Assembly: GCA_046563655.1 (NCBI GenBank)
Contig: CM102285.1
Coordinates: forward strand, 6,386,001 to 6,450,000
Source: Yuukianura sp. NJ FZ-2021
Taxonomy: Eukaryota
DNA length: 64,000 bases
Direction of reading: 5' to 3'
Program-made: the position numbers and the translations under genes
The notes under the pieces: generated by a model
The model's input: only the letters and a program-made list of their open reading frames with translations
What the model was told of the DNA's origin: nothing
The model's database searches: none
Shown here: positions 10,262-20,747 of the stretch, piece by piece
Layout: the number at the start of each line of letters is the position of its first letter
Position numbering within the stretch: the stretch's first letter is position 1

Positions 10262-13200
10262 CTAATTTTTCCAGGTTCGGTGTCCATTTGAAATACTGAT
10301 GGCTCACTCTCCAGCTGGAGAAAACCAAGACTTTGCAGTGCTTTCTTCAGTTTTTCAAACCACATCAGCGGAGACTGCTTGAGACCATAGATTGACTTCT
10401 GAAGGTGACAAATCAGCGACTTTCCCTTTTCAAATCCATGTGGCTGTGTCATAAACAATGTTTCTTTTAGATCTCCGTGGAGAAAGGCGGTCTTTACGTC
10501 GAATTGAATAATCTCGTAGTTCCATGCACTGGCAACTGCAAGAACGATCCTAACAGATTCGTATCTAGCAACTGAAGCATAAGTATCGTGAAAGTCCACT
10601 CCAGGACGCTGCCAAAATCCACGGCAAACTAAACGAGCTTTGTAACGATCGATTTCTCCATCTGGCTTTCTCTTCAGTGCGAAGACCCAACGGTTGTCCA
10701 GGACTCTTTTCTCTGGAGACCATTTAACCAGACTCCAGGTTTTGTTTTTCTCCAGACTGTTAATCTCATCTTCCATTGCTCTGATCCACTCTAACTTTTG
10801 CGGCGAAGCGAGAGCTTCTTCATAATTGTTCGGTTCCAGGATCTCCAGTCGAGCAACATTTGCATGATATCTGGAAGGAATTTTAATTCCTTCTCTTGGC
10901 CGGAAATTGTATCGCTCCAGAGCGTGTGCTGGAATCTGTGCAATGTAATCTCCAGCAGTAGTTGAAATGGTCAATTTCAAATCATCCGTGCGTTGAACTT
11001 TCCAACTTTTTGGAGAAAGTGAGGATCCAGCTACATTTTCTTCATCCTGGCAGTTATGCTTTTCGGCATTGTCATCTTCTTTCTCCAGTAGTTTTTCTTT
11101 CTTCTCACTGGACTGACGATTTTCTTCATCTCCACTTTCTCCAGACTCCTCCTCAACCACTTCCGTAATTTTCACTTCCGGTTCTTTCTCCTCAAAAACA
11201 ACATTAGTTGCAATCACTATGGAGGCGCTGTCTGGATCAAAAAGTCTAAATTTTTTCTCGCAGACACCATCATAACCCACCAAGTACATTTTTCTGGACT
11301 TTGGTGTCCAGACTGTACGTTTCGCTTCTGGAATGTGGGCATAAGCTTTACATCCGAAGACTCGAACATTTCCGAGGTTTGGTCGCCTCCCCATGATTTT
11401 CTGAAATGGCGTTTGCTCCGGTGAGATGCGACTTAAGGTGCGATTGTGAATGTAGACAGAAGTTGCAACGGCTTCCCCCCATAGAAAGTCTGGAGTGGAG
11501 TAAGTCTGGAGCATCGCCCTTGAAGTATCTTTCAATGTCCTCATGGATCTCTCCACTCTCCCATTCATTTCTGGACAATAGGCTGCTGAAGTTTCGTGGA
11601 TGATTCCATTTTCTTCAAAAAATTTGTTCAAGGTTGAATTCACAAATTCACCTCCGTTGTCACTCCTCACCCACTTCATCCTGTTTCCGGTTTGCCTCTC
11701 CATGAAATGAATGTATCCCTTGATCGCTTCTGCAGCTTCTGACTTTCTCTCCAGAAAGTAAACAGTGCGAAAGTTAGTTGCGTCGTCGATTAGAAGGAGA
11801 AAATAGCTGGCTCCTCCCAGTGACACGACGCTCATTTTTCCAGATAAATCCATGTGGGTTCCAGTTCCTGGTTCCGAATTTCTTTTTGGAACTGAGTTGA
11901 AAGTCTTCCTGGGTTGTTTACCGAATTGACAATTTTCACATGTTTCCCGGAGTTGACCTTTGACCTGCTCCGGTGGAATTCCGTAGACAGCTCCGCGTCT
12001 AACGCTGGCCTGAATGTATTCAGTGTTGATGTGAGCGAGACGGCGGTGCCAAACATCCAAGTTGACTTGTTTGAAAGCCAGAAGTGCTTTTGGCTGAACT
12101 TTCACCGGGAGAAAGTTCATGACGTACATACCTTTGCTCACATGGCATGTAGGTCCAGGACCTTGTTTGTGCGAAAAACGAGCTCCTTCGCTGTCTCTTT
12201 CAATCTTGTATCCGAGGTGAGTCATCTGGAGTTCTGAGAGGAGATTAACAGCTCCAGGAATAAACAAAACATTCTTGAGTGTTTTGTATTGCCATGTACC
12301 GTCAGTAAGTGCAAGTAACTGAACAGTTCCTTCTCCAAGGGCATCAACGGCGGTAGAGTTTAGTTGGTCAACTTTCTCTGGGTTTTGAAAATCTTTGTAA
12401 TCCACAAACCAATCTTTGGAACCACAGATATGGTTTGACGCTCCAGAGTCAGCATACCAGGTGTCCTCCTGGCGTATTGGCCAAGGTTCGCTAGCCTGTC
12501 CAGGCCCTGGCGAACCACTTTTATTCCTTCTACGATCTTGACCAACAAAAGCCTTGGCATGGGGAAAGTCACTTTCTCCATCTCCAGACTTTTCACCTTC
12601 TTTCCGTTGTCCAAGGAAGCCATTCCTTGAAGCTTCTTTCTCCTTCCGCCCTCGAGAACCACCTCTCCCTTTCCCCTGCCCATGGTGGGACTTCTTGGAG
12701 AAAGGCCTTGTGTTTTGCTGAGATTCTCCTGAGGAAGCCTCCGAGTTTCCTTGTCTCAGCTTCGGACAGTCACGTTTCCAGTGATCTTCCGATTTGCACA
12801 AGAAGCAACCAGATTTCTTTGAAGAGAAGCCCTTCTTCCGTTCCTTGGTGGGGCTACTTTCTCTCCCCCTTTTTCCCTGTTCAGAGAGTGCCTTGAAAGC
12901 ACGGCTCCTTTCTTCTCTGGAAGCTCCTGCTGATTCTATGTTCGTTTGGTCAATTTGCTCCTTTTTCAACCGAGCAAAGAGAATGCTCATTGTCTGAGAC
13001 TCAGCTGGTACAGAGTCCCACGCCCTTTTCAGAGCCGTATAACGTGGCTCAGGAAGTGACGAGACAATTTTAGTCACAACTGTATCTTCCTCCATGTTAA
13101 CACCGATTTCTTTTAAATTTCTCCAAATTTCCTCCATCTCCGTGTACGCCTCAACTAAGTTTTGCTTATTACTGACCTTAAAATTGAAAAACGCGCTTAG

Positions 13201-13536
13201 AGTGTGCTGGCGGTTGATGATGCTTGAGTCCGAGTTAATGTCCTTTAGCTTGTCCAGGACTCCCTGGGCGGTGGTGCAGCCAACAATGTGTGTCATTTGG
13301 CTTGCATTCAGAGTGGGTACAATCACTGCCTGAGCCTGGATGTCCTTCTCGTCCCACGTCGTTTGAGCCCCACTTTCGTCAGACTCTGGACGCGGAGTTG
13401 TCCCTGAAGCAACATCCCACAACTTGACAGCCTTGAGGATCAATGTAATTTGCATCTTCCATCGGCTATAGTTCGTCCCATCTAGTTTAACCACGTGCTT
13501 CGTGTCAAACAATGGACGACTATCTCTGCTCGACAT
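10255..13536 (-). CDS. gag-pol: Copia Gag-protease-integrase-RT (N-terminal part) polyprotein
   Basis: Likely ATG at 13536 (MSSRDSRP). Copia Gag KLDGTNYSRWK, zinc knuckle CFLCKSEDHWKRDC, protease WYADSGASNH, WHRRLAH/CENC, integrase HMDL...SDNGGEF...VER, RT YKARLVCRGF, DVKTAFLHG and IYGLKQSP. Confidence 0.95.
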   Translation of the reverse strand: MSSRDSRPLFDTKHVVKLDGTNYSRWKMQITLILKAVKLWDVASGTTPRPESDESGAQTTWDEKDIQAQAVIVPTLNASQMTHIVGCTTAQGVLDKLKDINSDSSIINRQHTLSAFFNFKVSNKQNLVEAYTEMEEIWRNLKEIGVNMEEDTVVTKIVSSLPEPRYTALKRAWDSVPAESQTMSILFARLKKEQIDQTNIESAGASREERSRAFKALSEQGKRGRESSPTKERKKGFSSKKSGCFLCKSEDHWKRDCPKLRQGNSEASSGESQQNTRPFSKKSHHGQGKGRGGSRGRKEKEASRNGFLGQRKEGEKSGDGESDFPHAKAFVGQDRRRNKSGSPGPGQASEPWPIRQEDTWYADSGASNHICGSKDWFVDYKDFQNPEKVDQLNSTAVDALGEGTVQLLALTDGTWQYKTLKNVLFIPGAVNLLSELQMTHLGYKIERDSEGARFSHKQGPGPTCHVSKGMYVMNFLPVKVQPKALLAFKQVNLDVWHRRLAHINTEYIQASVRRGAVYGIPPEQVKGQLRETCENCQFGKQPRKTFNSVPKRNSEPGTGTHMDLSGKMSVVSLGGASYFLLLIDDATNFRTVYFLERKSEAAEAIKGYIHFMERQTGNRMKWVRSDNGGEFVNSTLNKFFEENGIIHETSAAYCPEMNGRVERSMRTLKDTSRAMLQTYSTPDFLWGEAVATSVYIHNRTLSRISPEQTPFQKIMGRRPNLGNVRVFGCKAYAHIPEAKRTVWTPKSRKMYLVGYDGVCEKKFRLFDPDSASIVIATNVVFEEKEPEVKITEVVEEESGESGDEENRQSSEKKEKLLEKEDDNAEKHNCQDEENVAGSSLSPKSWKVQRTDDLKLTISTTAGDYIAQIPAHALERYNFRPREGIKIPSRYHANVARLEILEPNNYEEALASPQKLEWIRAMEDEINSLEKNKTWSLVKWSPEKRVLDNRWVFALKRKPDGEIDRYKARLVCRGFWQRPGVDFHDTYASVARYESVRIVLAVASAWNYEIIQFDVKTAFLHGDLKETLFMTQPHGFEKGKSLICHLQKSIYGLKQSPLMWFEKLKKALQSLGFLQLESEPSVFQMDTEPGKIRP

Positions 13537-13726
13537 TTTGCAAACTTTCACTTTTTCCAAAACAAGTACAACCACAAGTTAGTCCGAGTCCAGAAAAATA
13601 AGTCCAACCACAAACTAGTTCAAGTCCAAAACCAAGTCCAAAACACACACTAGTCCAAGTCCAAAACAAAGTCCACTTTCACTTGTTGTCAAAACCTAAG
13701 AAACAATTCCAGCAACGCAGAACCTC

Positions 13727-13738
13727 CCTCTGCTACCA
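13727..13738 (-). promoter_or_regulatory. Primer binding site complementary to initiator tRNA-Met
   Basis: Minus strand TGGTAGCAGAGG, 4 nt from the 5' LTR. It is complementary to the 3' end (CCUCUGCUACCA) of animal tRNA-iMet. Confidence 0.9.
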
Positions 13739-13742
13739 AAGT

Positions 13743-14158
13743 TGTTGTCAAAATTAAACGCCCTTTTAATTTTGTTATTGATGGATCTTTTTAAGCAATG
13801 TTGCTGATTTTTATTTGGTCAAAAGAAACTTCAGAAAAAGAATCTTAAGTTTTAATTAGGACAGTTTCCTAGAGAGAGACTTGAAAGAGACTAACTGACT
13901 TTCCGGACTCCCGGGTCCTTTTGTTAACTGGCTTAGAATTTTCGGGAAGTTTCCAGAATATTCTGGAAGCTTCAAGACAAAAGCAACTAGAAAGGTTTTG
14001 AGGGTCCCCTATGTAATAACTTTGACCAGAAGTGTCATATTTGGTTCCCCCTCAGCTCAACTTGTCATCGTAATTCAGATGTGAGAATCAGTGGTTGAGT
14101 TAACCTGTCAGCTAACTTTATATGAGAAAAGGTCAAGTTTTGACCTCTAAACTCAACA
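13743..14158 (-). repeat. 5' LTR of the copia element
   Basis: Direct repeat of 6507-6922, adjacent to the PBS. Confidence 0.97.
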
Positions 14159-15344
14159 AAATTTCATTGACTCCGCATCAAGCGGAGAACCTAAAACTTG
14201 TAGTGTTGTGTTTCTTTCTTTTAGGCCTAAAAGGCCTTATTTCATTACAGGGTGAAGGATTGTACATCCTTGTTGAAGTTGGCTGGAATTTAATCCGGCT
14301 TTTGGAATCAGGAATTGTAACGTCGAATTTCGAGCCACCCGGAGATTTGGAAATCTTCAGGTGGGCCGTAATCGGACGATTGTAAAAAAGAACATAAGTT
14401 TTAATAGGACGAGTAAGAAAGCGAGGACTCAGCTTCTTTTCCACTTTCCCAAGAGGATTAAACAAAAAGAGGATTTACGACAAATGATCTTTCACAAGAC
14501 GGGCAAGTGGGAGTAGTTTTACACTTGTTAAACATGTGAATGTCAACTCATCAGTAGTCGACATTCATACAAAACGCCCAGATAATCAATTTGCATAGTC
14601 CCACAACTTCGTTCAATCTTGGACACTAATGACAAAACTGGATCATAGATCCTGGTCATTAACGTCCAACTTTGAACTAAGGTCGCTAAGCGTCCCTCAG
14701 TTGAACGACAAGCTAGATCAAGTGTAAAGTTATAAATATGAGTGGAACTCTGTTAGCGTTAAGTCATTCTCAAATCAGCTTTTGCAGTAAGCTTTCCGCT
14801 TAGAAGTAGTAGTATAGCCAGTCTTAGAATTTCTCTTGCTCTGAGCAAAACTTCCTAAAACTCTGTTAGGTTACTCGTAGATTCCACTCTTATGTGTCAC
14901 TTGGTGAAGGAAATTGGGAAATAAAGCTACAAACACACATCTCCATCGCTGCCTGTGAATCATTTCGTCCCACCACATCACTCAACTGTAGCAGAACAAG
15001 GTAAATGACAATCTCTCTCACTGTTGATCTAAAAACACAGCTCGTTATGAACAGCAGCTTGGAGATGTAACAGGGAGTACGGTGGGACCGGCACCACGTC
15101 TAAGGGTAGGATATGCATAGCTCAGGCGAAGGTTTTTGCGCGGGTAAAGCGGACCTCATTCTGAGGCCGTCAGATTTAGCAGTTTTCCTGAAGGGCCCGG
15201 AAGTGTTACACACATACTTTCAGTACAAGGACATTGTATGCCCTTGCACTGAGAGTGAGTGTGTGTGTGAGAGGATCTATCAATAAAGTTAGTTGATACG
15301 CAGCATCCAACAATGGTGGACGAGCTGAACGAGCTCTCAACTCA

Positions 15345-16691
15345 ATGCTAACTAGAAGTCAAACATCTCAATTAGGGAAGTCTATAAACGAGAAAAGTGA
15401 AAGTTCGAGAGTAGTGAAGGAAAAAAACAAAAAGAAGCCATCAAAGAGTGAATCCGCGATTAGTGAAAGTGGGAAAATAGAAAAACCAGAAGTTTTTTTC
15501 GAAACAGTGGACAGCTTCGACGCACTACTCAACGATTCGCTAGAAGAAGAGATAATAGAGCAGGACTCCAACATGGCCGACGACAAAAGTGGAGTTTCTC
15601 TCCCCGGACCCAGCCGACCACGGGACGACGCTGGACTACTGAATCGGAACCAACAAGTTCTCCTCAGGGGTGAGAAAAAACCCATTATGAAGCAGAAACT
15701 CACGGAAAGGTCGGTAAAGCAGTTTATACATAATTACGAGAATTGGGCCGAGGCTCAGGGGATTACAGACCAAGACAAGAAACGCTATTTCACGACAGCG
15801 TTTGGAAGTGATCTGGCCAATCAGTGGTTCTATGTCCAGTCAGACGCAGTCAAAAGCGTAGCGGTGACTTGGGACACGCTGAAACGAAGCTTCATCGCCA
15901 ACTGCCCAAAAGACGAAGTTGAGCGAGAATTACAACTCTACGATGTAGGTGATCACCCGCAAGAGCTCGGCGAAAAAGCATTGGCCTATATTTTTCGGAT
16001 CCGGGCTAGATTTGGCGAAAACTGGGGCAAGATGGCTGCAGAACATGCTGTAGAAGCTATTGTTAAACACATGCTGCCGCCAATCCGACGCTACCTCCAG
16101 TACCGAGGTGTGCCAGCAAATTGGGCCGATTTGGTGAAAATGACCGGAGAATACGAAGGCAAAGGGATGAAGGAAATCGATGACCTTAGTCCTTCGGCTG
16201 TTAAAGCTACTGTTTCAAAAACCAGAGTAGAGGAAAGTGACATTGCTAAACTGGCAAAAGCACTGGAGAATTTGCCAATACTCGCGGACTTAACCGTGAA
16301 AATAACAAATTTGGAGAGGTCAGTGAAAGCGGTAACTGACCGACAGAACGACAGAAATGGCCCACCTCAAACCGCTCCTAGACCACAGAGGGGTCAAGGT
16401 CAACCCAGACCCTACGACAATCGTAGCTGCTTCATCTGTAAGAAACGAGGTCATCTGGCGGCAAGGTGTTACTACAACAGAGCCAACGACGGCGGAGCAC
16501 AGAACCAGCGTAGCGGAGGGCCAAGCTATCAAAGCCCGCGAAACGGCAGAGAAAGTAACGGTCAATGGGGTTCCAGATACAACTCTCCCCCGAATTACGG
16601 TGGATTTTACCAACAACGAACAAACGGAAATCAAAATTCCGGGCAGGGAAACTTCCAAGGGCGAGCCGCCCAGGGCTCGCCTCGACAGTAA
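15345..16691 (+). CDS. gag: Gypsy Gag (448 aa)
   Basis: First ORF after the PBS, with zinc knuckle CFICKKRGHLAARC and a G/N/Q/R-rich C-terminus. Confidence 0.9.
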   Translation: MLTRSQTSQLGKSINEKSESSRVVKEKNKKKPSKSESAISESGKIEKPEVFFETVDSFDALLNDSLEEEIIEQDSNMADDKSGVSLPGPSRPRDDAGLLNRNQQVLLRGEKKPIMKQKLTERSVKQFIHNYENWAEAQGITDQDKKRYFTTAFGSDLANQWFYVQSDAVKSVAVTWDTLKRSFIANCPKDEVERELQLYDVGDHPQELGEKALAYIFRIRARFGENWGKMAAEHAVEAIVKHMLPPIRRYLQYRGVPANWADLVKMTGEYEGKGMKEIDDLSPSAVKATVSKTRVEESDIAKLAKALENLPILADLTVKITNLERSVKAVTDRQNDRNGPPQTAPRPQRGQGQPRPYDNRSCFICKKRGHLAARCYYNRANDGGAQNQRSGGPSYQSPRNGRESNGQWGSRYNSPPNYGGFYQQRTNGNQNSGQGNFQGRAAQGSPRQ

Positions 16692-16698
16692 CGGGGGC
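16646..16698 (+). promoter_or_regulatory. Programmed -1 ribosomal frameshift signal (gag to pol)
   Basis: Slippery heptamer G GGA AAC in the Gag frame (16646-16652). An 8-bp stem GGCGAGCC/GGCTCGCC follows, and its loop GCCC can pair with downstream GGGC. The -1 frame is the protease ORF. Confidence 0.8.
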
Positions 16699-19600
16699 AG
16701 GAACACACTCTCCAAATCTCGGAAACAGGATTGATCAAAGGGAACAACCGGAAAAATTCAAATTTAAAATTCCAAACACCAGAGAAATCAAAATTCATAG
16801 TGTGGCCGGAAATGAAGGTGGATCGAAGGTAGAAGTTAAGGTAAAAATCGGAGGCCGGAACATTCTTGCCGTCATTGACTCGGGATCTCCTTTGTGCATC
16901 ACCAAGGCCTCTCTAGCGGAAGGATTCAGGAAAATTCCAAACACTGTGGCAAGATTAAATCAGTTACAAGGAAAACTGAAGGACAAGGGCGTTGTGTTCG
17001 TTCCAATTGAGTTTGGAATGCTGACAGTAGATTACACTTGCATTGCCATTGATGACATCGAAGACGACTTACTAATTGGCGAAGATTTCCTAGAGAAATT
17101 TCTTATTCACATGGATCCCGAAGCAAGAATGTGTAGGTCACAAAGAACAGGAAATGTGCCATACGTTTCACAGAAAGTTGACCTTTGGAGCCATCATGGT
17201 ATCCAAATTGATCAAGCGGAAATGCAAGAAATTCCAAGAAGCAGACCTCGGATTCTTAGAATTCGAGCGGCCGAGAAAACAAAAATTCCAGCACGATCAA
17301 GGATCCTTCTGCCAATCCAACCAACGGGGCTAAGGTCAAATGAAGAATGCATTTTAAATGGATCGGAGAAAATTTACAAAAGTTGCCGCTTACTTATTCC
17401 AAGAATGCTGATCAATGGCGAAACACGAGCCATTGTGGTGACTAATCCAACAGAGGAAGATTCAAACATTAACAAGGACACAATTTTGGGAACGGAAATC
17501 AAGAAGGATGAGTATGAAGATTTGACATCGAGGTCACAAGAAAAATCTAGAATGCGTGTCAACCGCATCTCGATTGAGGACGAATTGAAACTGGACATCA
17601 ACCCTGAACTCGACAAAGAAGACAAGAGAAAGTTGCTTGAGGTGATACGGAAACATGAAAAAGCTTTCTCTTGGAATAGTCAAAACATGGGAAGGACCGG
17701 ACGTTTGAAATTTAAGATCAACACGGGTGACCATCCGCCTAAGCGAATAAGACCATACCCAGCGTCGGAGAAAGTCAGAAGAAATTCGGAAGGAAGTTAA
17801 AAGAATGATGGAAGTGGACCTCATCGAGCCAAGTTCATCACCATGGTCAAGCCCAGTCCACATGGTAGCCAAAAAGGACAGCACTGCGAAACGATTCACG
17901 ACAGACTTCCGGTTTCTGAATTCTATTACAACCAACGTCACGGCCTACCCTCTGCCCAGAATCGAAGACATCCTGTCCAGCTTAAGGAACGCAAAATTCA
18001 TCACCGTGATGGATTTATACGCTGGATTTTGGCAGATCGAACTGGATGACAACGACAAAGAAAAAACAGCTTTTGCTACACCGGAGGGGCTATTCCAGTA
18101 CAAAGTGCTACCGATGGGAATTGCTGGAGCACCTGGTCATTTTAGCAAACTAATGGACGTAATTTTAGCGGGCCTCAAACCGGAAGTAGTTGCATCTTAC
18201 GTCGACGATTTGATTATCCACAGTCTCACAATTGACGAACATGTTGAGAAATTGGACAAGGTTCTATCCAGAATCGAAGATGAAGGCTTGACCCTTCAAC
18301 CGAAGAAGTGCCACGTTGGATACCGGGAAACCAGGGTCCTCGGATTCGTCGTGGGGAATGGGGGAATCAAGATGGATGAAAGTGTACTGGCTGGAGTTAA
18401 GGACCTCCCCACACCCACCAAGGTCAAGAAGTTACAGCAAGCGCTGGGATTGTTCAATCATTACCGAAGATTCATCCCCGGATACGCCCAAAAAATGGCG
18501 CCATTGTACAATCTTTTGAAAAAAGACGCAAAATTCCAGTGGGGAAAGGACGAGGAAGACGCCTTCACCTTTGCAAAAGAAGCCCTGGTATCAGAACCGA
18601 TACTTGCCTTATTTCAACCAGGGTTGGAGACCAGACTGCAGACAGATGCAAGCACAGTGGGGATCGGAGCCACCCTAACCCAGATCCAGAAGGATGGAAC
18701 CGAAAGACCTGTGGCATTTATAAGTAGAACGCTGACCCAGGCAGAACAGAGATGGACAACTACGGAACAGGAATTGCTGGCGATTGTCTTTGCATTGAAG
18801 AAACTAAAACAATTCCTAGATGGTCATCCAGTCAAGATTTACACCGATCATCATGCACTATGCTGGATCCTGCAAGCGAAGAAAGAAGAAATTACTCCGA
18901 AGTTGACTCGAATGGCCATTAAACTCTCCGAATTCGAAATTACGGGGATCTACTACATCAAGGGGAAGAATAATCACGTGCCGGACGCCCTATCCAGATG
19001 CCCATGCGTCCCAAAAGATCCGATCCAGCAGGAGAAAGCGACAAAAAACCGGAAACCAGAAGGAGTCCGAATCATGTCAATAAGACCCGAGACCTTAGCA
19101 GAGTTGCAGAAGCGTAACACCAAAATGGAAGCAATTCGTAAGAAAATCTCGGATGAAAACGGAATTCATTATCGGATTATCAACGACATCCTATATTTTT
19201 TGGATGGGAGTGGCGTAACTAAGCCTTGCATTCCAGAGGAATTGCAGGACGAAGTCCTAGCTTCCTGCCATGACGACCCTCTGAGTGGCCACCTTGGATT
19301 CACGAAGACTTATGACCGTGTCAGAGGACGCTATTTTTGGCCAAAATTGAAGAAAAGTGTCTCTCAATTTGTGACGTCATGCCACGAGTGCCAGCTTAGG
19401 AAAATTCCACGGAGAAAGCCTTATGGAGAAATGCAGTGCATTCCTGTCCCGGACCAAGCATTCGATCACGTCCAAATTGATGTAATGGGGCCATTTAATA
19501 GGTCAGCTAAAGGAAATAAATACGTAGTCACCGCAGTGGACTACCTGACGAAGTGGATAGAAGCGAAAGCCCTTAGAAATGCGGACACGCTCGATTTGGC

Positions 19601-20661
19601 AAAATTTCTGGTGGACCAAGCGATTTGTCGCCACGGCTGCCCAAGGGTCATCCAAAGTGATCAAGGAAGCATCCTGACGAGCGATCTTTTCAAAAATATC
19701 AACCATCTGCTAGGAATTGACCACAACAAGAGCACAGCTTATCATCCTCAATCTCAAGGGCTCGTGGAAAAGTCACATTCAACATTGACAGACTGCATTT
19801 CTATGTACGTTAGCTCTAATCAGAAGGATTGGGACATTTTTCTACCGCATTTGGTCTTCGCTTATAATACTACAACTCAAAAGACCACAAGAATGACACC
19901 ATTTTTTCTAATGTACGGCCGAGAACCTAAACTACCAGCTTTAGCGCTACTACCGGAATACACAGCATGCCAAGAGGTCGACGACCTTCATAAGAGGATT
20001 TCTGAGGCCAGACTGCTAGCGAAAGCACACATCGAGGAGGAGCAAGAAAAATACGCCAAAAGGGTCAACTCAAAATTGACGCCGCCTCCGGAGTTTGAAA
20101 TTGGATCCGAAGTCGTCATTCGAAAATTTGCAAAAAAGAAAGGACTTTCGGCCAAACTCATGGAGTACTTCAGTGGTCCCTACATTGTTATGGAAAAGAG
20201 GTCACCAGTCAACTACGTAGTGGAATATTCGGCTGGCAAAGCTAAGCACCGCAAAACAGTCCATGTAGATAAGATGAAACCGTATTTACGGAGGAATAAG
20301 GATTTGCATCTTATTCATGAAAAAAGGAGACGAAGGCGAAAGCAATGCAGATTCAGGCTTTACAAATGAAGATCCACCAAGAGAGCCACCAAAAACTACA
20401 ACCGATGAGGAGGAGAACAAGGGGGAAGACAAATTAGGAACAATGAACATGACGGGAGACGCCCCGAATCAATCCACAGATTCAAATCATGATCTTAGCA
20501 AAGGAATAGGATCTGGAAAAGATGACGTCATGAAAAACTTAACGGAAGATGGAAAATCACTTAAAAGTCAAAATCAAGATCTAACTATCCACACATCTAC
20601 TCAACGTTACAATTTGAGACCCAGAAGGAAAAACGACCAAATTGTGAAGAAACAAAAGTAA
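16646..20661 (+). pseudogene. pol: Gypsy Pol (protease, RT, RNase H, integrase) with two single-base frameshifts (~17780, ~20322)
   Basis: Protease VIDSGS, RT SSSPWSSP, YPLPRIED and YVDD, RNase H TDAS/EQELLAIV/TDH, integrase HHCC, IDVMGP, SDQGS, a GPY motif and C-terminal RYNLRPR. Confidence 0.93.
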
Positions 20662-20747
20662 CTACAGGGGTTGCTAGGGAAGGCTCAAGTTATAGTGAAA
20701 GTCAGGGGAAAGTGAAAACTGATAACTACTGAATAATAATCTCAAGC

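Larger units (their letters stand above)
6507..14158 (-). mobile_element. Full-length Ty1/copia LTR retrotransposon with an env-like gene
   Basis: Two 416-bp LTRs (6507-6922, 13743-14158) bounded TGTTG...CAACA, one mismatch seen. TSD AAATT at 6502-6506 and 14159-14163. Domain order Gag-PR-IN-RT-RH is diagnostic of copia. Confidence 0.97.
6128..14249 (+). mobile_element. Older LTR (6141-6506 plus 14164-14249) with PPT at 6128-6140, split by the copia insertion
   Basis: AAGGAGGGAGGAA is followed by TGTTATGA. TATAAAA at 6362 and AATAAA at ~6497. The sequence resumes after the copia TSD and ends TCATTACA, a 7/8 inverted match to the start. Confidence 0.55.

Noticed and set aside
7574..13333. Plus-strand ORFs antisense to the copia polyprotein
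   Set aside because: Shadow ORFs of a long coding sequence, with no independent features.
13580..13680. Short AGTCCAA repeats in the copia 5' leader
   Set aside because: They are real but low-complexity. Leader repeats are common and no function can be supported.
14526..15072. Possible solo LTR (TGTTAAACAT...ATGTAACA, TATAAA, AATAAA)
   Set aside because: No TSD, PBS, PPT or second copy to fix its boundaries.
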